Shown one piece after another: positions 52,330 through 64,000 of a DNA stretch of 64,000 bases. The first letter of the stretch is position 1. Each line of letters opens with the position of its first letter. Below the pieces are notes generated by a model. It was not told the origin of the DNA and did no database searches. It worked only from the letters and a program-made list of their open reading frames with translations. A program made the translations under genes and the position numbers. The stretch covers positions 3,310,175 to 3,374,174 of the forward strand of contig NC_134032.1 of NCBI RefSeq assembly GCF_964204645.1. Direction: 5' to 3'. The DNA comes from Tubulanus polymorphus. Its lineage: Eukaryota > Animalia > Nemertea.

Positions 52330-53279
52330 AAACGGCTTTCAATAAAAGAAACATCGTTTTTCTGAATTGCTTGTTTACAATTATTAAAGTATGAAATTGA
52401 CACACGAATTAAAAAGTGATGTAACCCCGTAAATGTGATGCATAATATCCTTGTGATATACGCGGCCTCCGAACTTACCGAGAAAATCTGGCAATTCTAG
52501 AACGGTAAAAACAATACTCTTTGTAAGCACCATTTTAGTTGCTTTAGTCTGATTTTGAGAGGTTGAGATCATGGTCGCCGAGAGAGTTTTTTGGCGTTGT
52601 TTACTTTTGACATATAAGACAACAATGAGAGCAATGTTTGCAGCGAAAACTAGAATATTTGAAATAATAATTCGTATAATTGGTTCTATTTATCTGTTCA
52701 TTAGAACAAAAAATGGTTTATTTCGTCTTATGGCTATGTAATGAAGGAAGCGGAATCCTTCATATCTTCCGGACAATACTACAATGAGTGTCATGGGATA
52801 GTAAGTACATAAAGATATTGATAATATACCCGTGATTATGATGACTGGTTTTATGCTGCGTTTTATTTGTAGCGGGAAAATTATAGTAACCAATCTTTCG
52901 CACTGAATTATGACGGTTAAGTAATTTCGAAACACAAGAAATCCTTTAGCACATATAATTCCCCATATGTTTAAGTTTATCGGAGAAATTCGGTTATCAG
53001 GAAATTTCTTAACAGACTCTAAACCGAATCGCGCATAGTGAATGTAATAGCGAACTGGGTTCTGAATGAAATTCGACAGTAAAAACACGATGTCGACGAG
53101 TGCGAGGTATTTCAGTAAATCGATGCAGCGGTTCTTAGTTTTCAGTTTGTGGAATACGACGATAACCAGTCCGTTAAAAACGTGGCACCGACTAGAACCA
53201 GTGCCGGAGTGATGTACGCTATACCTAGCCATCTAAACTCCCCTGGTGTACGGTAAACATATGCTCGTGTATTGTTCAT
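52330..53279 (-). pseudogene. Rhodopsin-class GPCR pseudogene (stops and frameshifts)
   Basis: LKYLALVD, RNYLTV..CERL..IFPL, VLELP, NSCVNF. Related to the 22.2-kb GPCR; stop at 52690. Confidence 0.85.
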
Positions 53280-54149
53280 TATTTTCAAACGATCCCGTTG
53301 GTTTGCAGCAGATCTCTGTTACTATCATCTAAACTGAAACATTCGCATTAGTTCCAATTTTATACAAATTTGTATCAATGTCATTGAAACCAATCATCTT
53401 GCAGGCAAACTAATTTGAACAGGAGGTGTGATACCAGACCTTCAATAGGAAATTGAAAAGCTGAAGCGGTGAAACTTCTGGAATTCGGATATTTGTATTT
53501 TTGCTTAGAATACTCACAACAATAGAGAAAAGAAAGGTGTTAAAAGTTTAATTCAAGTCACTACAATGTTTTGGAAACGTTTTGATCGTACCCCAGTGAA
53601 GCTTGCTACTGGTTTGTTCCGTTTTCTATTCAGAATATTAGTTTCGAACCGGGAACCAGGAACCAGGAACAAAAGATGGTTCGGCTACCGGCTCAAATGT
53701 GACGCTAGCTACTTATTTGCCAACTTATTTGACTTTGTCTGTTTTTATTACCCCTCCCGCTAAAGCTACCCTAATCGACACTGTACTTCCGACATAAACG
53801 CATCTTAACCGAAATTGCAGTTGTGGTTAATCCAATATGACGACGTTCATGTGGTCCAAGATGGTGCCCGTCCAAGATGGCGGCGGTCACGTGACCCCTG
53901 TGATTCAAAAATTGAGATGGATGCTCCCATCAGCTTCTATAGTCAGAGGGCTAATCGGACATCGTATCTCTACGTACGTATGCGCTAGTAGAAGCCCATG
54001 TGAAATCGATCTGATTGATACGTTAGCCTAAAATGTCTGAAAGAGTCTCGTTTACAGTGAGTGCCAGGGTTCGATTCTATTGCGGAACGTGTCGTTGTTA
54101 CTATCGCCTGGACGCATAAAGGTGAACTCAATTATCCTCCACAATCCTC

Positions 54150-54260
54150 GAAGTTGTCAATATGAACACTACAAAGGCTTGATCCTTAGTGTAGTTGAGC
54201 CCAGTAAGGTAAAAATTCTCATTGGCGCTAATGTTCCGAAAGCGCATCTTCAATTAGATG
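54150..54260 (+). mobile_element. Small BEL/Pao polyprotein fragment
   Basis: HYKGLILSVVEPSKVKILIGANVPKAH resembles the BEL/Pao protease-region LIG motif. Confidence 0.45.
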
Positions 54261-55286
54261 GTTCGTTCTGGTTCTGTTATAGTAAGCAGCCAAAAGGTAA
54301 ACGTACCCCGCCTGGTTAGTGTGTATTGATTGGCCTTTCGAGCAATGAAAATGACTTTCGATCTAACTGTACATGTTTTCTGAGTCGTCATCCCGAAATC
54401 CACCACAGGCTGCTCGTCACTGCGATTATCAATTCAAGTATAGATAAACAAATTTATTGCCGCATGACTTCACACTCAGCCGCGGTCTCCAAAGAATGAT
54501 TTCAACAATTACCCATCTTCTTCATCTGTACACTTCATCATCCACGGGATATTTACTGCTCTTAAATATTATAAGCACTGTCGAGCTGTAGCTGTAAAGA
54601 TCGATGAATCAACGTGTGTCTTTACATCGTCGTTCCGCGGATCCGCTGCGAATTCTCCTCGCCATGAAAATCAAATCAAGTACAAATAAATGTATTACTC
54701 CCAGTGATTTGGCTACGGGCTTCAGGCAGTTAGTTTAACAATATTCTATTTTCCTTTACAAAATGGTACGGATATTTAGTACGATATATCATTTAAGTAC
54801 CATTAAAGTACCGGCGAGTCGTAGGCCTAAACTAAACACGCCGGAAAGATGCAGCAGAGAAAAGCTGGAGTGTTGACGAGGTACCAAAATAAATGAATTT
54901 ATTACTACCAGTGATTCGGCCACGGGCTTCAACCATGTATCGTTTTCAGTATACACCGATCTTTACCAAATCGACAGGATATTTGATAAATAACTGTATA
55001 TAACACATGCTTATCCGTAAGCTGAAATCACGCTTGTTATTCGGATTCAGTATTTCCGATACCGCTGGTGATCTGAGACCGTTTGGCCGCTTGAAGTGTT
55101 TATTGAGTTGTGCTACTTTGAGGCCTACGTGCTTTACTGTTTCAAACAAACACAATATAATTGTTGTGTTTATTTACGGACACATGGATTGAAATTCAAA
55201 CACAATTTGCAATAGAAAATCCGACAACATTGCTATGACACGTAGCGCAAATGATTTGTTTCTTCGTCCGAAAATGAAATTGATAT

Positions 55287-56672
55287 TACAAATGGAATAC
55301 ACCATGAAATCTAACCCTGTTAAATAGAGGTGTAGTAATACGATGTTTACGAGGGTTAAACCGCAATCGGTCTAGGCCTCATTTGTCTGGAAGCTAGACC
55401 TACGTGCATATACTTAGGCCTGCATCAGCTAATATGAAGATTTTTTTGATAAGCTGTTAGCATTCGTCTGAGCAGGCAGCTTTATAAACATGGGTTTCAT
55501 TTGAGTTTTTCATCATTAATGAAACTTGTATTTTATTAATTCCTGATGAGTTACTACGGAGCCCCGGATGATAAGATCTTTTTTTCGTCTGAAAATCTTT
55601 TCGTTCAAAATAATTTTTTTGTCAGAACAAAATGATTTTGTTCGAACCGAAAATGTTTTTTTCGATCGAACAAAATTGATTTCGTTCGAACAAAACTTTA
55701 AATAAAAATTCGAAAATGTTCGATCGAACAGAATTCTTTTTATTCAAACTATTATTCGAACAAAATTGTTTTCGTTCACCAATTTTTTTTTGTCGGGACA
55801 AACAATTTTTCGTCCAAACAATAACATAGCTTTTTATTCGAACAACTTTTCATTTGTATAAAAAGTATATTGCTCGATTGAGCAAAATTGTTTTCATTCG
55901 AACAAAATTTTCTTGTCGGAACATTAAGTTTTTCGTTCAAACAAGTATATTGATCCATCGAAAGTTTTTTATTCCAAAGAAAAATATTTTCGTGGAACTA
56001 AATAGTCTTTTCATTACGGAGTAAACTTTTTTCGAACAAAGTAATCTTCACACCCGAACACAATAGGTATAATACGAACCTGGATTTTCTTTGTATCCGA
56101 TATCCATATTATGCCTTTTCAGGATGATGCTTATCATACGTGTTTCTGACCATGTACGGGACACAACTTGATTAGGTCGTTTTGGAAATTTACTCGGTCC
56201 TGTACCTTTGCGATTACTCTGCCTCTCAGGACAGTGAAGAGAAGACGACTGAGGATACTACCTTGCGTGACTCCACTAGTTAGATCAACTTATTTCCAAG
56301 ATGAGACAGTTCCGTTAATTTCGGCCACCTGTTTTCGATCGGAGAAAACTTCTTGATCTTGTCTGGATACTGTGTCGACCACGATCGCATGTATGCCGAA
56401 GCAGCTACACCATGCTTAAGAAAATGAAGGGAATTTAATAGAATCCTGTTCAACGGTCAACACGGTTTTATACAACGAAGCTCAACAAACAGTCAATTAG
56501 GCTTACTTGAAACCATGGATAACTGGAAAGGAAACAATAAATGTAAAATCCCACAATAGTTGAGAGTAAAAAGAGTAAAAAGTTAATATAAAATACTAGA
56601 AATATTTTTGGTGGTTCTGTCTAAAATGTTATATACGTCAAATAGATACACATATAATATAAATAAATATAC
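55287..56672. mobile_element. Composite insertion of about 1.4 kb with 8-bp TSD ATTGATAT, containing an array of TTCGAACAAAA-like repeats (about 55555-56050)
   Basis: Absent from the paralogous region at 26.8-27.3 kb; ATTGATAT at 55279-55286 and 56673-56680. Confidence 0.65.
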
Positions 56673-56984
56673 ATTGATATAAAATATAACACGAATCACT
56701 GCGCATAGTTAGGTTTTGGGTCCAAGCGTACTGACAAATTTTAGAAGGAGTTTATTATGAGGACTGAAACCTTTGTATGAGATCGACAGAGCGATCAGAA
56801 TGAGTAATATTAGAAGTACCGTTGTATCTCCATAATCATCTACGGTCAGTTTGATGTCGAGCATTTCAACTGTAATTTCATATCGATTGTTGAGAAATGA
56901 TAACAGTTGAGAGACAGGAGCATCGTGTGCGTTTCTGCGCAGTTCACCGAGTAGCATTCGGATTCTAAACGGCTGGTATCATCA

Positions 56985-58139
56985 ATGAATAATGTCACTA
57001 TCATCGCCGTTACTACAACCCAGCGACTGTCATACGCTTCCAGGACACCAGCTTTTATTACAGCCTTTAGAAGTTTCACTAGACGCGCTTATCTTCTCAA
57101 CTTCTACACATTTACTTTGTTAGTGTTTCCACTCGGAAGTGTGTTCAACTTTCTGACAATAATTCTACTGATTAAATGTCGCAGATACCAGACTGTTCGT
57201 TACACGTTCCCCTATCTCATAACTCTCGCGTTTTCAGAACAAATCGTTTTATTTATCAAGCTGAGCAACTTTCCATATTATTTGAAATACATCCTGGTAA
57301 AATTCCAATTTTACCCGAAAATATGTGGAGATAACTATATGACATTGTCAAAACATGGCAAACTGTGTTCATCATCATTGTACCATTTCTATTATTATTT
57401 TCAGTACATTCCTAACAAATTAATTCCAAAATGTTTGTTGGTTAACATATCCTACAACCAAGCAATAGCAGTATCACACTACATAGTCTTAGCAATTGCT
57501 GTTGAAAGATTTGTTTCTATACGTTTTCCATTCTTTCATATGAGATATTTCACCTACAAGCGGCGTGTAGTATGTGGTGTCATAGTGTTTTCCTGCATCA
57601 TTAACCTCGATTCTTCAAGTAAAAGCATCTACATGTATCTCAAAGCTGTTCGTAGATATAACGAAACCTTCACTCAATTCAGTTGCAAGCAGTCTGATAG
57701 GATGAACCAATTTCATTATGTCATTATAACAATGGCAAGCGTATTCTTTCAGGAGATATTTCCGGCCATTGCGGTCATCATAGCATCAATCCTAACTGGT
57801 TTATCACGTGCTTAGAAATCTACCATGTTGAATAGAACAGGGGCAGAACGCTTTCGGTCATCGACCAGTAAAACACTTCTAGTTGTCATTTTAGTCTATA
57901 TAATTTGTGTTCTACCCAACACTGTCACTAAATTCACGCATAACTTCTACGAATTTCTCATGTATGTGATCTGGATAAACCATCGTATTAAATTTTATGG
58001 ATCCCCTACTAGAACGTTTTACCTAATAGTTTTGTGGCGTGAATTAGAAGGAATATTCTACGGATTTCGAAACGTCTTGTTCTGCATAAACTTTTTCATA
58101 TATTTCGGTACGTTACAAGTTTTTAGAAGACTATTTTAA
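56985..58139 (+). pseudogene. Rhodopsin-class GPCR with a single in-frame TAG (57813-57815)
   Basis: LAFSE, AIAVERFVSIRFP, CVLPN, CINFFIYF. ORFs 56985-57815 and 57825-58139 are in the same frame. Confidence 0.85.
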
Positions 58140-59245
58140 ACTGTTCTACTACAATACTGATTCATGTAATAAAATTCAATAGGAGATGCGAATACTTTGA
58201 CTTCCGATTATGCAATGCCTACTTCTAAAAACTAGCATCAGCATGCAGAGCAGGTTTCCCCTAATACAAATATCTAACAACCCGCAAAACCAGCTATCCC
58301 GCCAGATGGCGTGAAGAGCAGTAGGTCATCCGTTGTCAAAATTAGTTCATTTTCAATGAACTTTGAACTGGATTTTTTGACTCCCAACTCCATATATTAT
58401 CACAGCATCATCAAATACAAATACTTTCGATCTTTTACTCGGATATTGGTATAATAGTTTTCTTACATAATTGAGCTCCAGTTACTGATAGATTGATTGA
58501 AAACTTACAGTTATGTATCGGTGACGATGGAATAATACATTCAAACGGCAGAATCGACGATGCTGACATTTCTGATTTGGCAAAGGGACCTATCCTATTT
58601 CGTTGCCAAAGTATCACAAATTTGTGGATTTGGTGATTTCGAGATCACATTCTTGAATTTTCATCTACGTGTAAATGCTACCATCGCCGATGTACGAATT
58701 CGTTATTGAATTCCAGATCTCAGACAGCGCGTTAAAACGTTTAAAGCCATGTTTTAAATGCAAGTGTATTCAGGGTAAACCTTCCACTACATCTGCCTTT
58801 GCCTAGCAATCGAGTAGTATCGGTTCTAGCAGTTGAGTAGTATCGGTCCCATATTTCGATTGGATTTAGATTACTTAGGCCCTCTTGTGATAAAGTCTGG
58901 TCATAGTGAATCGAAATGCTACGCTTGCATTTTATATGTGTCGCCCTATCGGTCGAGCTATGGTGGCTGATTCGGGACATGTAAAATTTGTTTTCGTCCT
59001 CCACGAAAACGCGCAAAAACAAATCGCGAAACTCATAAAAATGAAAAATAAATTCTCACACGCTCGAATTTATTTTTCATTTTTATGAGTTTCACTCCTA
59101 ATTCAAGTAGAAATTGTTATTATTTTCATGTTTTTCATTTTTTACTCACCCGCCCGTTCAACCTTTAGCTTGAAAGCCCATTACCCCTATTACTCTCAAA
59201 ACATTCATATATATGAATAAAATATAAATGAATAACTTCTAAAAT

Positions 59246-59277
59246 AAATTTTAATAAAAAATTTAGTATTAAAATGG
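59246..59277 (+). promoter_or_regulatory. Putative element-specific promoter/leader motif AAATTTTAATAAAAA...TATTAAAATGG (repeated at 63320-63350)
   Basis: Near-identical motif of about 31 bp ending in the ATG of two consecutive genes. Confidence 0.5.
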
Positions 59278-62200
59278 AAGCAAATAAGTACTATTGTCCA
59301 ACATGTAATATCAATATAGATAAATCCCAAAAAGCAAGACACAATAAAACTGAAACACATTTAGAGAATAAATTGAAACTAGAATATTAAGATGATATAT
59401 TAGAAACTAAATTAGAAGAATTAAAGAATGAAAAAGAAACATACAAATGTGATACATGTAATCAATCATTCAGTGATAAAAGATATTATAAAGAACATTT
59501 AAAATCTATAAGTCATATTAGAAATAAGAATAATGATATTTTAGGTGAAGATAATTTTGATAATGATAACGATAAGAAACAGAAGACAATTAAAAGCATA
59601 AAAAATTAATTAAACAATAAAAGACCATACATGGAAGATGTAAGAAATTATATTAATTCATTAGATAATAAAAAAGATATAGAGATAACCGAAGCATTTA
59701 AAAGTGATATTGGTCCAGCAGCTATCGAGTTTAAATTTCACAAAGGAAAAACATTAGAAGAAAATAAAAAACATTTAGAAAATATGAAAGAAATAATAAA
59801 AATAATTACAGATGTTGAATATCCTAAAATAAGTATATCAGTTAAAGTAAAGTTTATAAAATCTGAAGATAAACCAATATATAATATAAATTCTCATTCA
59901 CAACATATCATATCTAAACAACATATAGATGATAAATTAGATAAATGTTATAATGAAGTAAAAACTAAAATAGAAGAGAAATATTTTGAAGGATCAGGGG
60001 TTAATATTTGATGAAATAATATTTATGCCTTTACATGTTTATAACACAAAATATAATAAGTTAACTAAATCAAAACCAATCGATGAAAATAATTTATCAT
60101 ATTATAAAGAACCAGATATTGAAGCATCGAGTTATATTAAACTACCATTTAAAACTAATGCTATAATAAATGTACAAAATGAAGATGATAAATGTTTTCT
60201 ATGGGCTATAATAAGTTGTTTACACCCAGTTGAAGATTATAAACAACATAGTTTTAGATTAACTCATTATAAACCATTTGAAAATAATTATAAGATAGAT
60301 AAGTATCCTGTTAGAATTAAAAACGTCCCAAAAATAGAAAGATATAATAATAATTTAAGAATAAATGTATTTGATTTAATCAAATTACCAAATACAAAAG
60401 GTAACAATATAAAAAATTATACATTAGAACCTTTATATCTATCAAAAGATTATGATTCAAACGATGTTATAGATATACTATATTATGAGAATCATTATAT
60501 GTGGATTAAACAAATAGATTTATTTTTTAGAACAGAAAGTGATCACCATAATAAAATATATCTTTGTAGAAAATGTTTACATAAATTCAGTAATGAAAGT
60601 ACATTATTAAATCATAAACAATTATGTGAAAATCATGATTATTGTAAATTAGTTTTACCAAATGAAAAGGATAAAATATTAGAATTCAAAAAATATGATT
60701 ACAAAAATAAAGTACCATTTGTAATATATGGAGATTTTGAATCATTAAATAAAGAATTAACTGATCAAGATAGAAAAGAAATATGTTATAAAAGAAAGAA
60801 ATTAAATTCTAATGAAAATGGTTTTTCAGATGAACCACCAAAAACAAATACTATCAAAAAGATTCATCAATCAGCTGCTGCTTTCGGGTTATATATTAAA
60901 TCTGATTATCCAGAACTAATTGAAAGTGAATATTATGATTATAGAAATGAAAATGTTATCAATCATTTTTGTGACTTATTAATTGAATATGAAATAAGAT
61001 TTAGTAAATTATTGAATACAAATATAGAAATTATAATGACAGAAAAAGATAAAGAAGAATTTGAGTTTTCAGATAAATGTTATTATTGTGAAAAGATATT
61101 TAATTATAAAGATAAAAAAGTAAGAGACCATGATCATTTGAACGGAAAGTTTAGAGGCGCTGCACATGAAAATTGTAACTTACAAGCTAAGAAAATTAAC
61201 TTTGTACCAGTTATATTTCATAATCTATCAGGATATGATGCTCATTTATTCATCAAACAGTTATGCTATAAAATAGAAGAAATCAATAATGAAATAGAAA
61301 TATTAAATTCAAATAGATCAAAAGATAAAATACCAACTTATAAATTTAGAATGTTAGCTTAAACATCTGAGAATTATATATCATTCCAATTTGGGTGTTT
61401 AAGATTTATAGATTCATATAGATTTTTAAATAGTTCATTAGATAACTTATCAAAATCATTAGTTGATGATGAATTAAAAATATTAAAGCAACACTACCCA
61501 AATATTGATGATTTTAAATGAGATATAAAGGAGCAATTCCATATTCTTTCTATAAAAATCATAATGATTTTAACATAACTGAATTATTGAAAGAACAATT
61601 CTATGATGAATTAAAAAATGAATATGTTAAAGATGAAGTCTATAATAGAACATTGAATATTTGGAATCATTTCAAAATAGAAAATCATGGGCAATTGGTA
61701 GATATATATTTAAAATCAGATGTATTATTATTAACCGATATATTCGAAAGGTTTAGAGATGTAAATCTAAAATATTTCAATATTGATCCTTGTCATTGTT
61801 ATTCATCACCAGGATTAATATGGGATTGTGGATTAAAATTTACAAATATAAAAATGGATTTGTTAACAAATATAGATCAATTATTATTATTTGAAAAATC
61901 TATAAGAGGAGGTGTTTCAGGTGTATTAGGTGATAGATATTTCAATGTAAATGATAACCCCGGATATAAGTTATTATATATAGATGCAAATAATTTGTAT
62001 GGTTGGGCAATGATGGAACCACAACCTTATGGAGTATTTGAATTAACTGAAGTTTTACAGAATGAAAATAATGATAAATTTGATTGGAAGAAAAGAATCC
62101 TAGATATTGCAGATGATTCAGATACTGGTTACTTCTTTGTTGTAGATTTAGAATATCCTGAACATATTAAATTTAAATCTAGAAATCTAGCTTACTGTCC

Positions 62201-63317
62201 AGAACATAAAACTGTAACTCATGAAGAATTATCAAATTACCAAAAAAGAATTAAACCCGAAAATCATATTCATACAGAAAAGTTAATGGTAACTCAAGAA
62301 GATAAATATAATTATGTAGTACATTATAGAATGTTAAAATTCTATTTGAATCAAGGAATGATTCTAAAAAAAGTACATAGATATATTTCATTTAGTCAAT
62401 CTAAGCGGTTAGAAAAATATATAGATTTTAACACCAAACAGATAACTGAAGCTAAAACTGATTTCGAGAAAGATTTCTTCAAGTTAATGAATAATGCATT
62501 CTATGGTAAGACTTGTGAAAATATTAGAAATAGAAATGATATTGAGTTAGTAAGTAATGGCAAAAGGATAAGGTATTTACAAACATATCCTAAATTTATA
62601 GGTAACAGAATATTTGATGAAAATTTAGCCGCAGTTAAAATGAGAAGAACATCAATGAAATTTAATAAACCAATCTATGTTGGCACTTCAGTTTTAGAAT
62701 TATCAAAATTACTAATGTATGAATTCTATTATAATGTATTACAACCACTTTTTGGAGAAAAACATATAGAAATATTATATTTTGATACAGATTCTTACAT
62801 ATTAAAGATAAAAACTGATAACATAACAGATGATTTAAAAACATTAAAACATCATTTTGATTTTAGTAATTATCCTAAAGATCATGACTTGTTTAGCAAT
62901 GATAATAAAAAAGTTCCAGGGAAGTTTAAGGATGAATTAGGTGGTGAAGAAATGATAGAGTTTATCTGTATTAGATCTAAAATGTATTCATATAAAACTA
63001 AAGAACATGAAGCTAAAAAGTTAAAAGGAATAACCAAAAATGTAGTAGAAAAGAATATTCATTTCAAAGATTACATCAATTATATATTCAATGAAGAAGT
63101 TAGAAAACATAAGATGAGATGTTTAAGATCTGAGTACCACGAAATGTTTATTGAAGAAATTGAAAAGGTTAGTTTGAATCCATTTGATGATAAAAGATAT
63201 ATTTTAGATGATGGAATTCATACAGTTGCTTATGGTTGCAATTTAGATGAATACTTAAAATTTAAAAGAGAAGAAACAAAAGAGAACGAGATAATGAAAA
63301 GAATTCTAACGTGTTAA
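59274..63317 (+). pseudogene. Protein-primed DNA polymerase B (Polinton type), intein-free allele, about 5 lesions
   Basis: Zn fingers, NEDDKCFLWA...HYMWIK, ExoI VIYGDFES, endonuclease VII-like CYYC...RDHDHLNGKFRGAAHENCN, ExoII FHNLSGYD, ExoIII YLKSD, Pol A YIDANNLYG, Pol B KLMNNAFYGK, Pol C YFDTDS, KLKGI. Stops near 59390 and 61362; frameshifts near 59600, 60005 and 61518. Confidence 0.95.
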
Positions 63318-63346
63318 TCAAATTTTAATAAAAATATGTTATTAAA

Positions 63347-63700
63347 ATGGAGAGTAAACAAGCAAACAGTGAGAACAACAAATCATTTCTAGATAGAATA
63401 AAAGATACTACAAATGTAAAATCTGTAGATTATAAATTCAAAAAGTTAACAGAATTAATAATCCATAAGAAATATCTAATTACAAATATTGTTACAGTTA
63501 CTAATAACTATGGAGATAAATTAGTTATACACTTAGAATATGAAGGATTAAAAGGAAATACATATAAATTCAGAACATATTTACCGGATAGATTTCATAG
63601 ATTATCAAGTGAAGATTTAGAAGAATTATGTTCTGGAGATTTCTATTTCGTATACAAAGGTAAGAATGAAAAGGGGCACCATGAAATAGATTTCGAATGA
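63347..63700 (+). CDS. 117-aa Polinton accessory protein (possibly OB-fold-like)
   Basis: Intact ORF right after pPolB with the shared upstream motif; FKKLTEL...KYLIT...YGDKLV..L...YLPDRF pattern. Function inferred only. Confidence 0.6.
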   Translation: MESKQANSENNKSFLDRIKDTTNVKSVDYKFKKLTELIIHKKYLITNIVTVTNNYGDKLVIHLEYEGLKGNTYKFRTYLPDRFHRLSSEDLEELCSGDFYFVYKGKNEKGHHEIDFE

Positions 63701-63717
63701 GAAAATATGTAAAATAA

Positions 63718-64000
63718 ATGGTAGAATTAAAAGAATACAGAATATTTGTTGATTCAAGAAAACTTACTAATTATAAATCTCATAATTTACTAATACAATT
63801 AGATAGAGAATTCAAGAATTGTGTAGATTTAAAATTAGTTAATATAAGTTTATGTAATTCTTTTCATAATATATCGAATAAAAGTCTTGATCATTTAGCT
63901 TTTAAAATTTATGATAGAAATTTGAATAAATGGTTTCATCTTTATCTAAAACCAGGATTATATAATTTAGAATCATTAGCGCAAGAAATTAATAAAAGAG
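63718..64000 (+). CDS. Putative minor capsid (penton-like) protein, 5' part, open to the window end
   Basis: MVELKEYRIFVDSRKLTNYKSHNLLIQLDREFKNCVDLKLVNISLCNSFHNIS...LKPGLYNLESLAQEINK resembles the Polinton/virophage mCP pattern (xDS...NSFxNI...PGxYN..L...IN). Confidence 0.55.
   Translation, partial: MVELKEYRIFVDSRKLTNYKSHNLLIQLDREFKNCVDLKLVNISLCNSFHNISNKSLDHLAFKIYDRNLNKWFHLYLKPGLYNLESLAQEINKR

Larger units (their letters stand above)
59028..64000 (+). mobile_element. Polinton/Maverick-like endogenous viral element, copy B (continues beyond the window)
   Basis: Abrupt shift to very AT-rich, intronless, tightly packed ORFs: pPolB, a small ORF and a minor-capsid-like ORF. TIR-like sequence at 59150-59194. 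Confidence 0.88.

Noticed and set aside
55555-56050. TTCGAACAAAA repeat array resembling repeat-spacer structure
   Set aside because: Degenerate low-complexity units in both orientations inside a TE-like insertion; no constant repeat or spacer length.
59274-63317. Alternative genetic code or programmed frameshifting to explain the split pPolB ORFs
   Set aside because: Lesions are a mix of TAA stops and frameshifts at non-conserved positions, consistent with ordinary decay or sequencing error.

Overview
AT-rich animal (probably lophotrochozoan invertebrate; inferred) nuclear DNA. It holds a loose cluster of single-exon rhodopsin-class GPCR genes and pseudogenes and one multi-exon divergent CAP/SCP-family secreted protein gene, among many transposon and endogenous virus remnants. 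There are two related, decayed Polinton/Maverick-type protein-primed DNA polymerase B (pPolB) genes: copy A on the minus strand (about 1.8-8.9 kb) and copy B on the plus strand (59.3-63.3 kb), followed by an accessory ORF and a minor-capsid-like ORF. The main observation is that copy A carries a complete bifunctional (Hint + LAGLIDADG) intein inserted exactly in motif C (YFD|TD). It resembles the Mimivirus-type PolB intein. The intein is invisible in the ORF track because it is split by a TTAA-targeting (Kolobok-like) element, which itself contains a Harbinger element. Copy B has the intein-free site (YFDTDS). Also present: an AcademH-type element (RecQ helicase plus transposase) whose terminal inverted repeats carry tRNA-like A/B boxes, a 2,727-bp near-perfect tandem duplication, MITEs with 9-bp and 7-bp TSDs, a Helentron-like repeat, two decayed LINEs and an LTR with a tRNA-Leu primer-binding site. 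All family assignments come from reading motifs by eye; no database searches were run.
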